Part shown: in pieces, positions 53,001-64,000 of the stretch
Layout of the letters: each line of letters opens with the position of its first letter
Numbering within the stretch: the first letter of the stretch is position 1
Assembly: GCF_009914755.1 (NCBI RefSeq)
Contig: NC_060932.1
Length of the DNA stretch: 64,000 nt
Source: the human T2T-CHM13v2.0 reference genome, Homo sapiens
Reading direction: 5' to 3' (one strand)
The notes under the pieces: model-generated
Seen by the model: only the letters and a program-made list of their open reading frames with translations
Told to the model about the DNA's origin: nothing
Database searches by the model: none
Program-made: the position numbers and the translations under genes

Positions 53001-53599
53001 ATCCATTTATTATAGATTTCTAGATTAACAGTATTTTTTCACCACATTAAAAATTTACTCCATTATTTTTTGACTTTCACTGTTCTTGTTGAGAAATTAG
53101 AAGTCATTTTGGCTTTTGCTTCTTTGAAGGTAATGTCTTTTTTTTTGCTTTTAATGTTTTTACCTTTTCTTTCTTTTTTACTAATTTTGCTACGTTGGAC
53201 TAGTTGGAAACGTAGATGTTAAACCCATCTACCGAGTTCTTGATTTCACATATTTTCTTTGTTTTAGATTTTCCATATGGTACTTTTTTACATATGCTAT
53301 ACAAATTGTCTATAGTTCCCTCATCTTTACTATATTTGCAACCATTTTTAAAATCTCTTTGAAGACATTATTTTATCTCCTTGAACATAAGCATAATTAT
53401 TTAAAAGTCTGTGTTTGATAATTCCAGTATTTGAAGACCTTTGTTCTCTTTGTATTATCTATTTTTTCCTGCTGGCTTTTCTTCATTAACTCTTAACTCC
53501 CCTGTGTATTATCTTTGATTATGTGCCAGACATTATATTTGAAAAAAAAAGCCAGGAGCTTTGGAGTCTATTTGTGCTATTATAGGTTCATTTGCCAAC

Positions 53600-54459
53600 A
53601 TCCTGATAAAACAAGCCAGTCTAATCAGTACTGAAAACCAGATCTTCCACATATCCGTTTTCCTATAACACTAAGCAGGTATTTTAAAAATTCTTCTGTA
53701 AATTCCGGATTTGCAAAACGTGCCTTGCCTGAAACTTTAACATTTTTTAGGTGTATTGCCTTTTAAAAGCTTCAAGCCAACCAGCACTAGCTAGAGGGGT
53801 TTAATATTTTCATAAACCCTGAGTAATATGACTGTAAATTTCTTTAGCTTTCAGCCTACAAAAACATTGTCCACTATGCTTCTTTTTAAGTCATTATCTC
53901 ACGAACCCACAAGTAGCCATTTTCCATCTTTTCCATAGCTTCATTACACAATATAGATATTACATCAGCACTTTTTAAGTGGCCTCATGTACAGACCGGT
54001 GATTTTTCTTTTTCTGAACGTACCATATTGTTGACTCATTAACATTGAATTCACAGCCAACAGCACTCGAACTCATGCCTAAAGGAAGCTCATCTAACAC
54101 ACACATTTTCTCTATAAGGCACAACATAGCCTTTGTGTGCTTAGGAACGCTATGCAGCACTTCAGCACTACCCTTGGGAGCCATTTAAAGTAACAAAATC
54201 ACCATCAAAAAGCACGAAATGTGAAAACACAGCACTAAAGACACTGCAAAAATGACACTTGTTTACTGTATGGCATTGAATGAGAAGGCTGAGCATTTTG
54301 TTGTTTAACCTCAGTTGGGAAAGCACATGTTGGGTGACTCTGTGTACATCTGTGAATGACTATAAAGGTGCTGTGAGCATTGATTTTATGTTTAAAAATA
54401 AATTTTAGTGAGTAGGCAAATTTGCAAATATAAAATCCTTGGATAATGAGGATTGACTG
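53600..54459 (-). mobile_element. TcMar-Tigger DNA transposon with transposase N-terminal remnant
   Basis: Terminus CAGTCAATCCTCATTAT with flanking TA; ORF 53975-54184 MAPK...EKMCVLDEL..GMS.SAVGCEFNVNESTI resembles a CENP-B/pogo HTH; left boundary approximate. Confidence 0.8.
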
Positions 54460-55406
54460 TATCTGAGATTTCCTAAAGCCAGTTTAATGAATTAAAATTT
54501 TTTGAATCACATAGATGGTGTAAGCTGGGATGCATTTTTTTGTGAGGGCTGTTACTTCTGGTGCACCTTTATTCCAGCAGTGCAGTCTTTCAGGGTCCCA
54601 ATCACAAAAAAAGAAGGGCCCCAGGATTCAAATTCTTCCCCCTGACTCTGAAGCTGTCAAGAACACTGCTCAGTCATTGAGTCACTTTTTCTGGAATTGG
54701 TCACTGGCCTAATGATAAAAACTACCAGACTTCTCAATTTCTGTCTTTACTGGATCTCAACTCGATGATTATGGACTAATAACATGGTTTTACATTTTAT
54801 TATATCCTGATCATTTTCACATCATCACCAGAAGACAAATTGTAAGACTGGACTGCAAGATTTTTTTTCTAATCTAAACTGAAAAATGTACTATTACAAT
54901 TTTACAAGTTTGTTTTGTTAAGGTCACAGGGATAGATCACATGCTTTGAATTGATAGGAGTGTGGTTTCTTCTGCAGAGTAGAAACATTTTAATTTTCAG
55001 TCATTCTGGTAAGAGGTCAGGGCAAGGCTCAGGAGATGGGTTTTAGACTGAAGTGAGGTGAAAGTCATTTTCTCACAGATGGAGTGTGTTAGGGGATGCT
55101 GCTGGAAAAAATAGTAAGCTTCTCTGGGTCATGAAGATTCTGGTAAAGAATCTAGAATAGGTCTTGGCCTGGACAATGGTTGTAAATTACTCCTTGTGTT
55201 GACTTGCCTTTTATTGTACCCCCAGAAACATATCATCAAATTTAATAACCTAGAATCAATTGTGCCATGGGGGATTATGGATGCAACCATTCCATTGTTA
55301 ATAGAAAGGAAAATAGTTTTCTTCTTCTGAGATCAGACTAAAAGACAGCTATGCTCAAGATAGCTGTGACCTCACAATGGCCTCACATGGATGGAGGCAG
55401 TATGAC

Positions 55407-56249
55407 AGACATCTGTTTCCCAGGGCTGCTCTGACGAAGTACCAAAAACCAGGTGGCATAAAACAACAGAAATGTGTTGTTTTCCAGTTCTGGAGGTTAG
55501 AAATCCTCAATCAAGTTGTCATCAGGGCCATGCTTTCTCTCATGGCTCTGGGGGAGAATCTTCCCTTGCCTCTTCTAGTTTTAAGGTGTTTTCTAGCAAT
55601 TCTGGGTATTCCTTAGTTTATAAATGCATCACTCCAGTCACTTGAATTTCTTCTTTCTGTATCTTCATATTTTCTTCCCTCTGTGTGGGTCTATGTCCAA
55701 ATTTCCACTTTTTATAAGGACACCAATCATATTGTATTAGGGCTTACTCTAATGACCTCATCAATAACTTGGTTAAATCTGCAAAGATCTTACTTGGAAA
55801 TTGTCAAGATCACATTTTGAGATATTGAGGGTTAATATTTCAATATATCTTTTTGGAAGTTGTATTAGTCCGTTTTCCCACTGCTATAAAGAATTTCCCT
55901 AAGACTGGGTAATTTGTAAATAAAAGAAGTTTAATTGACTCACAGTTCCACACGGCTGGGGAGGCCTCAGGACACTTACAATCATGGCGGAAGGGGAAGC
56001 AGGCACCTTCTTCACAAGGTGGCAGGAGAGCAAGGAGCATGAGTGTGAAGGAGGAAATGTCAAACACTTATAAAACCATCAGATCTCTTGAGAACTCACT
56101 CATTATCATGAGAACAGCATGGGGGACACCACCCTCATGATCCAATCACCTCCCTCCCTTGAATCATGGGGATTACAGTTCAAGATGAGATTTAAGTGGA
56201 GACACAAAGCCAAACCACATCAGAGATGGAAACAATTCAGTCCATAATA
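55407..56249 (-). mobile_element. MLT1-type LTR interrupted by a THE1 LTR
   Basis: cagggctgct...aaaacaacagaaatg...cagttctggagg...taaggacaccaatcatattg...aattcagtccata. Confidence 0.8.
55861..56222 (-). mobile_element. THE1 (D-like) solo LTR
   Basis: TGTATTAGTCCG...GCCAAACCACATCA termini. Confidence 0.9.
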
Positions 56250-57400
56250 ATGAGGAATCCAAGGAAAAAATACCTGAGGGAACTGACTGAACACATGCGA
56301 AGCTGTGTCCAAGGAGGCTCCTATTGTTGACTGGGCTTTAAAGCACCATTTCTGTGGGTTATACTATATTCCAAAATACAACATAGGCAAAGTGGGGCAT
56401 GTATCTGTCAGGTTTCAGTCAGGAGAACAGAGTCACTGTGAGTGTTTTAAAATGAGGAATTTTAAAAATAGGATTTAGACCTATACAATTGTGGAAGAAT
56501 TTGGTTAAAAAAAAGTCCAGAAGAGGGCTTGGAGGGCCAGAAAAATAGTTGTTAACAGTGCATTTGGGAAAGCAGTCACAGCCACCAAAGGGGATTGGAA
56601 GGGAGACATTCACGGAGGGGATGAAGGAATGGGAAGCCATTGCTCCACTTCAGCTGCCCCCTGTGTGGGTCTGCAGCCAAACATCTGTGTTGGGCTAGGA
56701 CCACTGTCAGGCAATGAGGTAAGTGGTAGAAAAAAGAACTGGATGTAAAATGAAGGATAAACTGGGACCTGCTGGGGCTATCTGCAAATGCGTGCCAACC
56801 TATCCGACTATAAAGAATTTCACTTCAACCTTCCAAGAGCTGCCAAACTGCTCTTTTGGCCAATTCTAACCTTGAAACATATAGGAATGGGATCCTGGAA
56901 ACATAACTCTCATCTTTAACAATGTGCCACAAGGGAAGGCAAATTCTGCTGGAATTCACAAATTGGACATGAAACAGAAGTGAGATTTTATTACAAAGTT
57001 AATGGAATTATAAAAAAGAGATAAAGAGAACTTATACTAAAGGGATTAGACTGTTTTATTTCATGGACAAGGAAAGTTAATAAAGTAATCTATAGCCACA
57101 TAAGGCTTATGAAAAAGAAAATAAGCCCTGCTTGTAGCTGGAGTATAAAGACTAACTTTCCCTTTTGGATATTGAATGTAAAACTTGGGAGAGCCAAATT
57201 ATGGTTTTCATATATTGAGCCACTGACTAGCTCAGTGTAATTCAATATATATTTGTGTACCAGACTTTATCTTTGAGTGAAGATGCCTAACCAGGTCTTC
57301 CTTTCTCCTCCTCCCTGCTTTCTGCCTGCAAAACACCTGGTCAATTGTATTGGTCAGGATTCTCCAGAGAAACAGAATCAATACGAAATATATTTATGTC

Positions 57401-57402
<2 letters not shown>

Positions 57403-57436
<34 letters not shown>
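57403..57436. repeat. (TG)n microsatellite
   Basis: About 17 perfect TG units. Confidence 0.95.
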
Positions 57437-57440
<4 letters not shown>

Positions 57441-57529
57441 CACACTATACTTTTATAACTATGTAGATATGATATACTATACATTTATAACTATTTAGAA
57501 TAATTTTAGTATTATTAAAAAATCATATA

Positions 57530-58350
57530 CAGATGGTCCCCAACTTTTTTTTTAAGTTTTATTTTAGGTTAAGGAGTCCATGTGCAGGTTTGTTATATAA
57601 GTAGACTTGTGGCACACGGGTGTGATGTACAGATTATTTTGTCACACAGGTACTGAGCTGAGTACCCAATTACTGTTTTTTCTGTTCCTCTCCCTCCTCA
57701 CACCCTCTACTCTGCAGTAGGCCCCAGTGTCTCTTGTTCCCCTCTTTGTGTTCACGTGTTCTAATCATTTAGCTCTCACTTATTAGGTGAGAACATGTCG
57801 TGTTTGGTTTTCTGTTCCTGCATTAGTTTTCTAAAGATAATGGCCTCTAGCTCCACCCATGCTCCTGCAAAGAACATGATCTCATTCTTTTTTGTGGTTG
57901 CATAGTATTTCATGGTGTATACGTACTACATTTTCTTTACTTAACTATGGTTTTACTTATGATTTTTTTATTTTACCATGGTGCAAAATGATATGTATTC
58001 AGTAGAAACTGTACTTTGACTTTTTAATTTTGATATTTTCCTAAGCTAGTGATATGTGATATGGCACTGTCTTACAATACTGAGCAGTGGCAGTGAGCAA
58101 TAGCTCCCAGTCAACCACATGATCACCAGAGTAAATAACCAATACTCTACAGAGTACTGTTGCCAGATGATTTTCCCCAACTGTCGGATAATATAAGTGT
58201 TCTGAGCACATTAAGGCAGGCTAGGCTAAGCTAAGCTATGATATTATATTTGGTAGGTTAGATCTATTAAATGCATTTTTGACTTACAATATTTTCAATT
58301 TACAATGGTTTTGTTGGGATACATCCCCATTATAGGTCAAGAAGAATGTG
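57530..58350. mobile_element. Tigger2a/MER28-like DNA transposon, itself interrupted by an antisense old L1PA 3' end (~57545-57940)
   Basis: CAGATGGTCCCCAACTT terminus; TA flanks; L1 3'UTR insert. Confidence 0.75.
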
Positions 58351-58994
58351 TATATATATAATATACTGTACATATGTATATATGTGACATTGGCTTCTAC
58401 AATTATGAAGGCTGAAAAGTTACAAGATCTGCAGGGAGAGTTGGCAAGCTGGAGACCCAGGAGAGCTTATGATAGCTCCAGTATGAAGGCTTGAAGGCTG
58501 GCAGGCTCAAGACCCAGGAAGAACCAATGTTTCAGTGCTAGTCCAAAGTCAGGAAAAAGTCAATGTCCTAGTTGAAAGGTAGGTAGGCAGGCAGAATTCT
58601 TTCTTGGGAGAGGGTTAGTCTTGTTCTACTCAGGACCTCAACTAATCGGAAGGGGCCTAGCCATATTAGGGAGAGCAATCTGCTTTACTCACTTAACCAA
58701 TTTAAATCCTAATCTCATCCGAAAATGTCCTCACAGAAACACCCAAAATAAAGTCTGGTCAAATAGGTGGGTACCTCATGGTCCAGTCAACGTGACATAT
58801 AAAATTAACCAGCATAACATTATTCTCAGCAACTTTCTGGACTGAGGCTTATTTTTGACCTGGGAAGAGATTCTAAGTACTTTTATTATTACCTTAAGAG
58901 ATTTAATTTTCTTTTTCAGTTTGAGTGTTTATGTAGTCTTATTTCTTCTGTACATCTATTACAAACATAAAAGAAAAACAAAACATGTAAATCT

Positions 58995-59192
58995 AAAGAT
59001 TCTCAATGGGAGAGGCTTTATTTGTTCAGGGACATATGGCAATGTCTCAAGATGCTTTTGGTTGTCAAGATCAGCATCTAGTGAGTCGAGTTCAGGGATG
59101 CTGTTAAACATTCAACCATGCACAGGGCTGCCCCATTTGACAAAGCATTGTCTGGCCCAAAATGTCAGCATTGCTATTACAGAGAAACCCTG
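58995..59192. mobile_element. MER20 (hAT-Charlie MITE)
   Basis: ttctcaa...gggacatatggcaatgtct...cagggatgctgttaaaca...gagaaaccctg. Confidence 0.85.
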
Positions 59193-59492
59193 AATGATAA
59201 TCCAAAAGAAATTTGATAATCAATTTCAGTTTCAGTCTACTTGAAGATGTCCTATTTGTTCTCTGAATAAATATAAAAGTTGAGAGGATAAAGAATTTCA
59301 GGAGCTAAACATTTTTAAAAAGTGAAGTTGGCAGGGCAATTTTTGGCAAGGAGGGATCTTGATAAAGATGACCAGAGGCACTGTCAGTTTTGAGAGATCA
59401 TTTTTCCTTCAACGCTTGTCTGACTCCGTTTCCAAGCTGGTTCACCAGGTCTTTATTCATTTGCTCAGGAGGAACACTGACAGATTATGTCA

Positions 59493-64000
<4,508 letters not shown>

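Larger units (their letters stand above)
57346..58816 (-). mobile_element. MLT2-type ERVL LTR with nested Tigger2/MER28 and L1
   Basis: tgtattggtcaggattctccagagaaacagaa...gacatataaaattaacca. Confidence 0.8.

Noticed and set aside
59308-59325. aaacatttttaaaaagtg resembling the reverse complement of D's left flank (possible reciprocal inversion junction)
   Set aside because: Low-complexity imperfect match, and the expected partner sequence is not adjacent

Overview
Primate (very likely human) intergenic DNA with no intact host protein-coding gene, mostly transposable-element relics. It holds an MER57-type ERV1 provirus (1-7863), a processed ACTB pseudogene (12391-14157, +), a processed JCHAIN/IGJ pseudogene (~43921-45540, -) and a tailless 5'-half tRNA-Gln retrocopy. 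There are also many Alu, MaLR, L1M, L2 and DNA-transposon pieces. From memory, not checked, this pseudogene pair matches ACTBP6 and IGJP1 at human 8q21.2. The most unusual content is five younger L1PA insertions, labelled A (15285-19415), B (24647-28362), C (nested in B, 26496-27274), D (36300-38540) and E (59511 to window end). Oppositely oriented copies share sharply bounded identical tracts (583 bp A/B, 192 bp B/C, 437 bp D/E) carrying inactivating lesions, while the TSDs of A and B are intact. This suggests repeated non-allelic gene conversion, although assembly chimerism must be excluded. C forms a ~520-bp-arm quasi-palindrome with its host, and D has poly(A) tails at both ends. A cluster of fold-back and templated-insertion repair scars lies at 50.5-52.5 kb. 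All alignments were done by eye and subfamily names come from recalled consensus features.
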